31,512 bases of DNA from an uncultured Planctomycetaceae bacterium. GTDB lineage: Bacteria > Planctomycetota > Planctomycetia > Planctomycetales > Planctomycetaceae. Both the position numbers and the translations under genes were made by a program. This document shows, piece by piece, positions 1 through 7,986 of this stretch. Under the pieces are notes generated by a model, which was not told where the DNA came from, ran no database searches, and saw nothing but the letters and a program-made list of their open reading frames with translations. Positions within the stretch are counted from its first letter, which is position 1; the number at the start of each line of letters is the position of its first letter. The stretch spans positions 62,001-93,512 of the forward strand of contig CAXBME010000032.1 in NCBI GenBank assembly GCA_963976765.1, read 5' to 3'.

Positions 1-2
1 CA

Positions 3-1373
3 GCACTTACGGCGGCACTGGCGGCAATGGCCTGTGTGGTGCCGGGGACATTTCTCGTGCTGCGTCGGCAGAGCATGCTGGGCGACGCGTTGAGCCACAC
101 CGTTCTGCCCGGCATCGTCGCGGCATTTCTGGCAGCTTACTGGCTGGGAATTGTCGGGCCTCATTCTGAAGGCGGATCGACAATGCAGTTTGTGCTGCTG
201 GGGGGCGCTGTCCTGGCCGGCCTGCTGACGGCGTTTTTGACTGAAGCCGTGCAGCGACTTGGTCGTGTCGAGAATTCTGCCGCGCTGGGAGTTGTTTACA
301 CGTCGCTGTTCGCCCTGGGACTTTTGATGGTTCGGCTCTACGCCGACGACGTGCACCTGGACGCTGACTGCGTGTTGTTTGGAGCTGTGGAAACTGTGGT
401 ACTCGATACGGTGGGTGATTCCGGCGTTCCTACGGCTGCTGTTCTGAATGGTTCCGTCCTGATTGTGAATCTGCTGCTGCTCGGATTGTGTTTCAAAGAG
501 CTGCGACTGACCACGTTCGATCCAGATCTGGCGACAAGTCTCGGACTGAATTCCGCCCTGGTGCACTACATCCTGATGGCGATTACGTCCGTTACTCTGG
601 TGGCGGCCTTTCAGTCGGTCGGCGCCATCCTTGTGATCACGGTGCTTGTCGCTCCGCCAGTCGCGGCTTTCCTGCTGAGTGAACGGCTTCACATCATGAT
701 TCTGCTGGCTCTGGTGATTGCCGGGGGCAGCGCGTTTGTAGGACACGGTCTGGCGTTGTGGACTCCCAACGCGATTTTTGGCAGCCTCGGTTTCACGACG
801 GTTGACGACTCCAGCACCGCCGGGATGACAGCGATCGTTTGCGGGTTCATCTTTGGTCTGGCGTTTCTATTCAGCCCTCGGCGAGGGCTCGTTGTGCAGA
901 CTGTCCGACAGTCGCTGCTGGGATTCAGAATTCTTTGCGAAGACTGCCTGGGGGTTCTTTATCGGCGAGATGAAGCCAATTCGCAGACTGATGATGGACC
1001 ATTCGTCAACGCGACTGTACTCGAGACGCTGCGCGGGCGGCTGGCCTGCTGGCGACTCAGTCGGCAGGGGTTTGTGGCGAGTGCTGATGGCGGCTGGGTA
1101 TTAACGGCTTCCGGACGTGAGCATGCGGAACATCTCGTGCGTTCTCATCGGCTGTGGGAATCGTACATGGCCCGCCACTTTTCGTTGCCGGACGATCATC
1201 TCCACGAAGCCGCTCATCGCGTTGAACATTTTCTGGACGTACCGATGGTCGATCAACTGGAAGAGGAACTCGACCAGCCAGGTCTCGACCCCCACGGCCG
1301 GTCGATTCCCGGGCGATCCAACCAGGAGGACGGGACTGCCGAGGAAGGAAAAAGTCTGCCGAACGGTGAGTGA
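3..1373 (+). CDS. Mn/Zn/Fe ABC transporter permease (ABC-3, MntD/TroD-like) with C-terminal DtxR/MntR-type repressor domain; 5'-partial
   Basis: Frame is open back to the window start. Permease motifs GTFLVLRRQSMLGDALSHTVLPG, ELRLTTFDPDLA and AFQSVGAILVI, with many TM segments. The C-terminus LTASGREHAEHLVRSHRLWESYM...HLHEAAHRVEH...PGLDPHGRSIP is a DtxR-type metal-binding/dimerisation signature. Confidence 0.9.
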   Translation, partial: ALTAALAAMACVVPGTFLVLRRQSMLGDALSHTVLPGIVAAFLAAYWLGIVGPHSEGGSTMQFVLLGGAVLAGLLTAFLTEAVQRLGRVENSAALGVVYTSLFALGLLMVRLYADDVHLDADCVLFGAVETVVLDTVGDSGVPTAAVLNGSVLIVNLLLLGLCFKELRLTTFDPDLATSLGLNSALVHYILMAITSVTLVAAFQSVGAILVITVLVAPPVAAFLLSERLHIMILLALVIAGGSAFVGHGLALWTPNAIFGSLGFTTVDDSSTAGMTAIVCGFIFGLAFLFSPRRGLVVQTVRQSLLGFRILCEDCLGVLYRRDEANSQTDDGPFVNATVLETLRGRLACWRLSRQGFVASADGGWVLTASGREHAEHLVRSHRLWESYMARHFSLPDDHLHEAAHRVEHFLDVPMVDQLEEELDQPGLDPHGRSIPGRSNQEDGTAEEGKSLPNGE

Positions 1374-1529
1374 CGCATAGAGCAAAGGCGACCGGCTTCA
1401 CTGGAGAGCGGATCAGGGATCGGACTGGTTCGTGCCTGAGTAGCCGACTACATTTCGAAGTTCAGTAACTGACGGACACTGGTTCCGTCGAGATGTCTTG
1501 ATCGGATCGAACAATCTGGAGAAATGGAT

Positions 1530-2039
1530 ATGTCTGTAAATCGAACGAGCTACAAGTGGGCGTGGCTGATGACTGGTCTCGTCGCAGGAATCAGCATCGC
1601 GACGATCTGGCCGCATGAGCCACTGTCGGCATCAACGGCTGATCGAAACGAAAAGTTCGGGATGATTACGGCGCCAGTAACAGGGGCGACGGAAGCCGTT
1701 TTCGTCATCGACTATCTCACGGGAAGGCTTACCGGAGCTTTGATGAATCGAACCCGCAAGGGAACTGTGTTCGTCAACTTTTACTACCGCAATCTGGCCG
1801 AAGACTTCAAAGTGGGAGCGTCAGGAACACCGTATTACGCCGTTTCCAGCGGGTTCGCAGAAATTCCGAACAGTGGTGGTAGTCAGTGGGGAAGCAGTGC
1901 TCTATACGTGGCCGAGCTGACATCCGGAAGGGTTAATGCCTATGCAATTCCGTACTCAATTACACAGAATGTTCTCCCTCCAGTACCGCTGGTTCCGATC
2001 GACACATTCCCGTTCCGCGAAGCAACCGTTACTCAGTAG
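1530..2039 (+). CDS. Hypothetical exported or membrane-anchored protein
   Basis: Clean ORF with an N-terminal hydrophobic segment (WAWLMTGLVAGISIATIWP) and a beta-rich body. GGAG at 1518-1521 lies 8 nt before ATG 1530 (ATG 1524 is an alternative). Followed by a terminator. Confidence 0.8.
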   Translation: MSVNRTSYKWAWLMTGLVAGISIATIWPHEPLSASTADRNEKFGMITAPVTGATEAVFVIDYLTGRLTGALMNRTRKGTVFVNFYYRNLAEDFKVGASGTPYYAVSSGFAEIPNSGGSQWGSSALYVAELTSGRVNAYAIPYSITQNVLPPVPLVPIDTFPFREATVTQ

Positions 2040-2101
2040 CTCCTCAGAGTTGTCAGCACACTTCTGTTGACGCAGTGCCCGATGGGCTTCTCCTTGATTT
2101 G

Positions 2102-2139
2102 AACTCTCAGCCATTCACTCACCGGCTGAGAGTTTTTTT
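2102..2139 (+). terminator. Rho-independent terminator
   Basis: AACTCTCAGCC (2102-2112) and GGCTGAGAGTT (2124-2134) form a perfect 11-bp stem that runs into a T-tract to 2139. Confidence 0.85.
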
Positions 2140-2208
2140 GTGGAGAGAACCAGTGCAGAAACCCTGGACGAATTCCCGGGACGCGACGAATTATCGGGGG
2201 ATTGGCTG

Positions 2209-2237
2209 TTGCGGGTATTTTCTGACGGACTTATAAG
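2209..2237 (+). promoter_or_regulatory. Candidate sigma70-type promoter for the 2351 gene
   Basis: TTGCGG (2209-2214), 17-nt spacer, TATAAG (2232-2237); lies just downstream of the upstream terminator. Confidence 0.45.
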
Positions 2238-2350
2238 TAGAGCCTGATCGGACGCCGCTTGCTGGTTTAGTCTCCAGCCGTCAGGTCAAGTGTCGGTAGG
2301 GTGGTTTTCGTCCTGGATCGTGCCACCTTCAGAGTCAGGGTTCCCGACCG

Positions 2351-2770
2351 ATGAGTCAGACTTGTGTGCTCGAAATAGAAGTTTGCAGCCTCTATGAGGC
2401 CGCTTTTGAGGAGGCTCGGTGCCACCGCTGGATTGAAAGCCAGAAACGCGGATACGACGTCGGGAACAACGGTTTTCTGGACTGGTATCAACGCTTCTGG
2501 TGGAACTTCCTCAGGTATCGCCACCTTGAGCACCTGCTCGGAGAGTATCGCTGGTCGGAGTTTGCGTCTGAGGCGTTCGGCGTGCTGACGCCGATGGTCG
2601 AGTCTGGTGACGCGCTCGCTCTTGAGATAATCGATCAGTACCGCCAGGGATGCGAGAATCTTGACATTCTCAACTGGGCATTGAGAAACCGGGTTAGCCT
2701 GGCCGATGTCCGCGAGCGACTGGCCCTGATCAATATGAACGATGCCCGCATCGATCCGCGATTTAACTGA
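2351..2770 (+). CDS. Small helical hypothetical protein, DUF4032-like N-terminal motif
   Basis: EEARCHRWIESQKRGYDVG...LDWYQRFW resembles the H-K/R-W-x-x-SE/Q-K-x-G-x-D-x-G...DW motif I recall for DUF4032-like proteins. Confidence 0.65.
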   Translation: MSQTCVLEIEVCSLYEAAFEEARCHRWIESQKRGYDVGNNGFLDWYQRFWWNFLRYRHLEHLLGEYRWSEFASEAFGVLTPMVESGDALALEIIDQYRQGCENLDILNWALRNRVSLADVRERLALINMNDARIDPRFN

Positions 2771-2822
2771 CGACGGCTTAGCGATGGTCCTGTCTGAACT
2801 GAGCTCCATCGTCTAACCCCGG

Positions 2823-4715
2823 CTAAGAACCTCGGATAAAGTGGGCGGCAAAGCTCCGGACTTCCTGACCATTGAGCACGTGGACCATTCTTAGTCGTTG
2901 GATGGTTTCCTGGCTGAATCGCCCCAGGGGGACATGCACCAGCTTTTTCCCGTAGCGTTTGGCAAGACGTCTCCAGCCTGCACCGGGCGGAAGTTCGCTC
3001 AGCACGGCGATATGTCGTTCCCGACTGTGCAGACACGCTCCGGCGAGCAGTCGTTCTTCCATTGTGTCAGTAAAGTCGAGTCGAAAATCGTGCCACACGT
3101 CCGCGATGTCCCGCGGGGGGAAGAGGAACATCGCACCACCATACTTCGCGAGTCCAATTCCTGGGCCGATCAGCTCATTCTGAAAATCACTGGCGAACAA
3201 CGAAAGCGTTGATTCGTCAGTGTTCTCGGCCATCCAGGTGATTCGCCACGGATAGTCCCGCGGGTCCGCTGGCGAATCGAAGAACATCAGCACGCAGTCA
3301 AGCGTTCCCTGAAGTTTCGGCGGGAACACCTTGACGTAGAGGTCTCCTGTGTGCCAGTTGCGAAGCGTCTCCCGGATATCAAGACCGTCTTTCATGCTGG
3401 CCGAGAACTTTTCCGTCTGAGCCAGTTCGGCACCCATCATTGACAGCGCGGCATCCTTGACATGGTTTCGGAAGTTTTCGATGGCAACATCTTCCGGCGG
3501 CCAGCTGCACTGCCGATGAGGATTCCATCTCATTTTCCAGCGGTCCTGGTCGATCTTCGGTGGTTTTGTGTTGAGTTCGCAGGTGCGCCATTGAACCGGA
3601 GGTCCTGGCAATCGTGAGACGACATCAGCCATGCCTCCGTCCGGCAGTCGAGCGATGTCGATTCCGAATGAGATCTCCGGCAACGCCTCGTTCGATGTAT
3701 ACGGGTAGCTTCGTGAGACCTCGGCCAGCTCAATTGCAAACGAATCTCCAAAGACCTGCCGGGCAGCCACGATCAGCGTGTAGAGGTCCGGAGTCATCCT
3801 CCGTTCGATCAGACTCAGGTTGCGAACGTATCGCAGAAAAACGCTCATCAGTTTGGGAGTGATTCGACGAGCCAGTGATCGCATTTCGATCTGATACCGG
3901 TCGCGTGAAGCCAGCAACAATTGCTTCAACCCGTCGACTGAAAGATTTTCGTCGCAGTCGAGTTCCGCTCGCGCCTGTTCATAAAGGCCGGTCAAAAATG
4001 GAAGCTCCCCCAGCATGAACAGCAGCGAGTTCTCTGAAACGGAACAGAGCTGAGCATCTTCGACTTCCGTGTCCTGTTCGTCAGTCGTTAGATTCCGAGT
4101 GTAGGCCTCGCGGATCCACGGCCAGTCAGCCAGCGCGCAGACAAACAGAATTCGCTCGTATCGAGTCTCCAGTTCTTTCAGCCTCGCGGCCATCGTGCGA
4201 ATTCGATCGGTCGTCAGCCCTTCTGGCGGTCTTGGAATTCCGAGCAGGGCCGCTGCTGCGAAACGCTCAATCGAAACACGTTTCAGCGCGTACGGATCCG
4301 GCAGGACGATCGAGTGACTTTCGAAGCAATCGGTTTCCAGATCGATGAACGCTCGCGGAGTGCGTTCCTGAATCGCAACTCGTAAAGCGGCAATGACTGG
4401 CTGGCACGGGTCGATCGGGACATAGCTCAATCTTCGTCTGGTGTCGGTGCCTGCGTCGTCTTCCCGATCGCTGTCGGGTGTCCAGTCGTTTGTCGAAAAC
4501 GACGGACGCTCTTCCTGGGTCACTGCCGTCACATTCGGAAGGTGATCAATGCCCTGCTCGACACGAGTCTGAAACGAAGGTGGCAGTGGCACGGCCAGAC
4601 AATCGAACTTGTGCGCAAGCTGAATGCGCCGAACCTCGACCGCAAAGTCGCCGCTGCCGTGCAGGACGGGTGCAACGCAGATTCGAGGACTCAGTTGCAG
4701 AGATTCGTCGAGCAT
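2823..4715 (-). CDS. Conserved hypothetical protein (~630 aa), probable partner of the adjacent MoxR ATPase
   Basis: Long ORF directly downstream of and co-oriented with the AAA+ gene. ATG at 4715 (TTG 4727 is an alternative). Contains GLDIRETLRNW, similar to the motif preceding VWA domains in CoxE/YehP-type partners. Confidence 0.8.
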   Translation of the reverse strand: MLDESLQLSPRICVAPVLHGSGDFAVEVRRIQLAHKFDCLAVPLPPSFQTRVEQGIDHLPNVTAVTQEERPSFSTNDWTPDSDREDDAGTDTRRRLSYVPIDPCQPVIAALRVAIQERTPRAFIDLETDCFESHSIVLPDPYALKRVSIERFAAAALLGIPRPPEGLTTDRIRTMAARLKELETRYERILFVCALADWPWIREAYTRNLTTDEQDTEVEDAQLCSVSENSLLFMLGELPFLTGLYEQARAELDCDENLSVDGLKQLLLASRDRYQIEMRSLARRITPKLMSVFLRYVRNLSLIERRMTPDLYTLIVAARQVFGDSFAIELAEVSRSYPYTSNEALPEISFGIDIARLPDGGMADVVSRLPGPPVQWRTCELNTKPPKIDQDRWKMRWNPHRQCSWPPEDVAIENFRNHVKDAALSMMGAELAQTEKFSASMKDGLDIRETLRNWHTGDLYVKVFPPKLQGTLDCVLMFFDSPADPRDYPWRITWMAENTDESTLSLFASDFQNELIGPGIGLAKYGGAMFLFPPRDIADVWHDFRLDFTDTMEERLLAGACLHSRERHIAVLSELPPGAGWRRLAKRYGKKLVHVPLGRFSQETIQRLRMVHVLNGQEVRSFAAHFIRGS

Positions 4716-4774
4716 TCGAAAGGCCAATCCCGAGAACCGTGATTAAAAAGAACGCGGAGTGTTTCACTCGAACT

Positions 4775-5842
4775 TCAATACGGGACGTCCTCGTCATCAT
4801 CTGGATCGTCACCGAGATCATCGAGAGGCGACCTGCCGTCAAACCCGAAATCTGATGAGTCGTCATCGTCTTCATCAATGAACTCTCGTCTCATTTCGTC
4901 TGTCATTCCGCCGTGCATATCGGGATGAAGCGGGTCGCCCGGCGAGAAGAAGAAATCTCCCAACCCCATAGGCACGATATTCCCACCCAGTGACTGGTTG
5001 CGATTATCAGCAAGTGCCGACAGGTCCAGCGCATCATCACCGAGGCAGCGAAGAACTGCTTCACGCCAGTGCTCGTCGTTGCTGAGCGGGTGATCGGCAG
5101 CCTGAGCAAGTCGCTTTAAGGCGTAGCGAAGAACGTTGATTCCGTCTCTGGTTGAGAAATCAAGTTTCAATTCGTGCGCCTGCTGGAGAAAGTCGACCGT
5201 TAAACCAAGCATCTCGTCGTCGGCAAACGGGATGTGATACTTCAAAATCGCGAGTTCGTCATTTCGGTCGGGCGGTTCCAGAGCCAGCGTCGGCTGAATC
5301 CGGCTCATGATGTAGTCAGGAATTTCGAAAGTTGACTCGTCGTCGTTCATAGTCATGGCGCAGCGAAAGTCGGCATGTGCCTTAATCGTGATGCCAGCAA
5401 CGATTGATTCAACATACCGACGATGATCAAGCAGTGGGGCCAGGCTGGCCCACGACTTCTCGTTCATTCGGTTGCCTTCGTCGAGAATGCACACTCCGCC
5501 CCGAAGCATTGCCGTCACCAGCGGCGACGCGTGGTATTTGATCCTTCCGTTTTCGCCGAGGACCGGCGTAACGAGCAGGTCTTCAGGCCGGGTGTCAGCA
5601 GTGCATTGATAGATGTAGAGTTCCTGGTTTCTCGCATGGGCAGCGGCGATAGCAAGCGTTGTCTTCCCGATACCCGGCGTACCGACAATCCGCGGCGCGA
5701 GTGCAAGGTCTTTGTCGTCAACCACGATCCAGCACGCGAGCAGTTGCCTGAGCGCTTCACTCTGTCCGATCCAGTTTCCTTGCGACTGGTCCGGTTTGCT
5801 TAAGTGAAGTGAAACTCCGTCGATGTCGACCTGTTCGATCAT
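4775..5842 (-). CDS. MoxR-family AAA+ ATPase (AAA_5 / CbbQ-NirQ-like) with acidic C-terminal tail
   Basis: Walker A GTPGIGKT, Walker [29 protein letters not shown] and DFSTRDG. A purine-rich RBS (GAGAAAGAG) precedes ATG 5842; the ORF extends upstream to 5923. Confidence 0.9.
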   Translation of the reverse strand: MIEQVDIDGVSLHLSKPDQSQGNWIGQSEALRQLLACWIVVDDKDLALAPRIVGTPGIGKTTLAIAAAHARNQELYIYQCTADTRPEDLLVTPVLGENGRIKYHASPLVTAMLRGGVCILDEGNRMNEKSWASLAPLLDHRRYVESIVAGITIKAHADFRCAMTMNDDESTFEIPDYIMSRIQPTLALEPPDRNDELAILKYHIPFADDEMLGLTVDFLQQAHELKLDFSTRDGINVLRYALKRLAQAADHPLSNDEHWREAVLRCLGDDALDLSALADNRNQSLGGNIVPMGLGDFFFSPGDPLHPDMHGGMTDEMRREFIDEDDDDSSDFGFDGRSPLDDLGDDPDDDEDVPY

Positions 5843-6356
5843 TTCAGTCGCTCTTTCTCGGTCTCGTTTTCGTTCGATGTCCGCTGGCGTCGTGGAATCA
5901 GCACCGGGCATGGGGCGACGCATCCATCACGCAATCTAACGGCGAAGTCATGCCGGGCGTAGAGTCACGATCAGGCAAACGCGTGAGGTCAGCACGAATC
6001 CGATGGTTGACTTTGCGCCGATTGATAACTGGGGACGAGATCGACCATAGCTGGTCGACGATCTTGACGGATGCGCCGTCTCGGGGACAAATGGAGCTCT
6101 GAGTGGCTCGTGCAGCCTATTCAGAACGGTATTGAGGTCTGTTTCGAAGCAGAAATTTGCTTATAGACGAAGATTCGGACTGATTCTTGTGATGTCAGGC
6201 ACAATATTCCTGTTTCGAAGTGATGGCTCGCGTTAATTCCCAAGAGAAACTCCGGGCGAACGAAATTTTCGTTAATTAAGAATTTTTCACGAACCGATGT
6301 TGAAGTCACGCGATCGCGTGATACTTTACCGAGCTGTATCACACGTTCGCGTGGGG

Positions 6357-6372
6357 TGGTCGCGCACTTGCT
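6357..6372 (+). promoter_or_regulatory. Candidate sigma-54 (-24/-12) promoter for the prepilin gene
   Basis: TGGTCGCGCACTTGCT has GG (6358-6359)-N10-GC (6370-6371) with TTGC intact, about 100 nt upstream of the start codon. Confidence 0.5.
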
Positions 6373-6472
6373 GGGCAATATCCTGCACGCGACCGTTTTG
6401 AAGTTGAATTTAACCGGGTTCTGGTGTTCAGGATCTTTAGTTTTTGTTGGTTCGCATTCGGGAGAGCATATT

Positions 6473-7600
6473 ATGCCAAAGCGAGCGAAAAAAGGATTTA
6501 CGTTGATTGAATTGTTGGTCGTGATTGCGATTATCGCGATCCTGATCGCTCTGCTTCTGCCGGCCGTTCAACAGGCTCGCGAAGCTGCTCGTCGTTCACA
6601 GTGCAAAAACAATCTGAAGCAGATTGGCCTGTCGCTGATGAACTACCACGATGTTCACAAAACGCTGCCTCCGGGCGTGACAGTTTCTGCAGGGACTGGA
6701 ATTTCGAACGGACTGGCGTGGACGTACCACATTCTGCCGTTCTTTGACCAGGCACCGTTGTTCAAGAAGTACAACTCGAAGATCGCTTACACGAATGCTA
6801 CTGGTACTCCAAACAACGCAGGACTTTCATCAACAATTCTGACTGCGGCCCGTTGTCCTTCTGATGCCGGTCCTGATCAGGATTCTTCTGGTGGGGTCGC
6901 CGACATGGGTGTGGCTAACTACGTTGGTAACTATGGCGTTGGAATGCCTTCTGCAACGGCTCACCCAGGCGATGTACAGGGCATCATGGGCGTGAACACA
7001 AGGGTTCGTATTCGCGATGTCAAAGACGGGATGTCTAACGTAGTTCTGGCTGCAGAACGACGTAACCCGAAGATTTGTAACACGGTAGGCTGGACCGTGA
7101 CTGCAGGTGCTATCGTAGATGGTGGGGCTGACGATGCTGTAAGCGGGGTTCTTGGTCCCTGCACCTTCTGGGCCGGTATGCAGGCGCCAGCGGCCACTTA
7201 TGCAGTTAACCCGCTTCCTCAGGGCCCCGCTGCTGCTGGAACTACGGGCCTCTATCAGGTTCTGGGCACGACACGAAGTGGGGACGTGACACTGAATGAA
7301 CCTGGTGAACAGAATCAGCTGACCGGGAATCTGACGGGAAACACTCTTGTAACTTCAGTAACAACCTGGTCTGCTGGTGCTGCCGGTACAATCAAGATCA
7401 ACAAGACTGTTGGTAACGATCAGACGATGTCTGGAGATTACCAGGATGCGACAACTGTTGGTTTCAGCAGCTGGCATACTGGCGGGATTCAGGCTGTTCT
7501 GGGTGACGGAACAGTTCGCTTCCTGAGCGAAAACATTGACTCAACCATCTACGAAAACCTTTCTCGTCGTTCTGACGGAAAGACTCTGGGTGAGTTCTAA
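6473..7600 (+). CDS. DUF1559-family prepilin-type N-terminal cleavage/methylation protein (H-X9-DG C-terminus)
   Basis: [87 protein letters not shown] at 6461-6466. Confidence 0.95.
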   Translation: MPKRAKKGFTLIELLVVIAIIAILIALLLPAVQQAREAARRSQCKNNLKQIGLSLMNYHDVHKTLPPGVTVSAGTGISNGLAWTYHILPFFDQAPLFKKYNSKIAYTNATGTPNNAGLSSTILTAARCPSDAGPDQDSSGGVADMGVANYVGNYGVGMPSATAHPGDVQGIMGVNTRVRIRDVKDGMSNVVLAAERRNPKICNTVGWTVTAGAIVDGGADDAVSGVLGPCTFWAGMQAPAATYAVNPLPQGPAAAGTTGLYQVLGTTRSGDVTLNEPGEQNQLTGNLTGNTLVTSVTTWSAGAAGTIKINKTVGNDQTMSGDYQDATTVGFSSWHTGGIQAVLGDGTVRFLSENIDSTIYENLSRRSDGKTLGEF

Positions 7601-7633
7601 GAATTGCTGAACTGATCAGCGAACCGACGATGC

Positions 7634-7675
7634 AAAGCCCTCTGGTTATTCCGGTAATCAGAGGGCTTTCTTTTT
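7634..7675 (+). terminator. Rho-independent terminator
   Basis: AAAGCCCTCTGGTTAT-TCCG-GTAATCAGAGGGCTTT forms a 16-bp stem with G-U wobbles, followed by CTTTTT. Confidence 0.85.
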
Positions 7676-7986
7676 GTCTGTTCAATTAGCCATGGTTGAA
7701 TCAATGGTTCGATTGACTGACCAGCCTGTTTTCAACGAGCCGGCCGCGATGGCTTTGAAGATTGGATCAAGCCACAGTGTCTCGTGATATTTCTGGTCAT
7801 CGCCATCTGCAGGGATCTCGAAGATGCCAGACCGCGCCGCTTCCAGAAGTAATGAGTCCCCGAATGGCCCGCTCTTTCCGTGTTTCATTCCATGGGAAAG
7901 CAGAAGCGATCATTTGAAAGTGCATTCTCGAACGGACTGGCAGTATGCTGGGGCGATTATCCCACGACTCGTCCGGTGAGAATTCG

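Noticed and set aside
2267..2809. 180-aa minus-strand ORF seemingly continuing the MoxR operon
   Set aside because: It fully overlaps the + strand 2351-2770 gene, which has a recognisable motif and a candidate promoter; it has no motif of its own.
2823..5842. Interpretation as an anti-phage ATPase-nuclease (McrBC-like) defence pair
   Set aside because: No clear PD-(D/E)xK, HNH or other nuclease motif in the partner, no McrB-type NxxD signature recognisable with confidence, host-like composition and no defence-island context.
6041..6058. Inverted repeat TCGACCA-TAGC-TGGTCGA
   Set aside because: An isolated 7-bp arm with no second copy and no U-tract; compatible with chance.
5809..6378. Short ORFs (5809-6102 +, 6121-6378 -) in the long intergenic region
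   Set aside because: No recognisable motifs or good RBS; the region is better explained as divergent promoter DNA.
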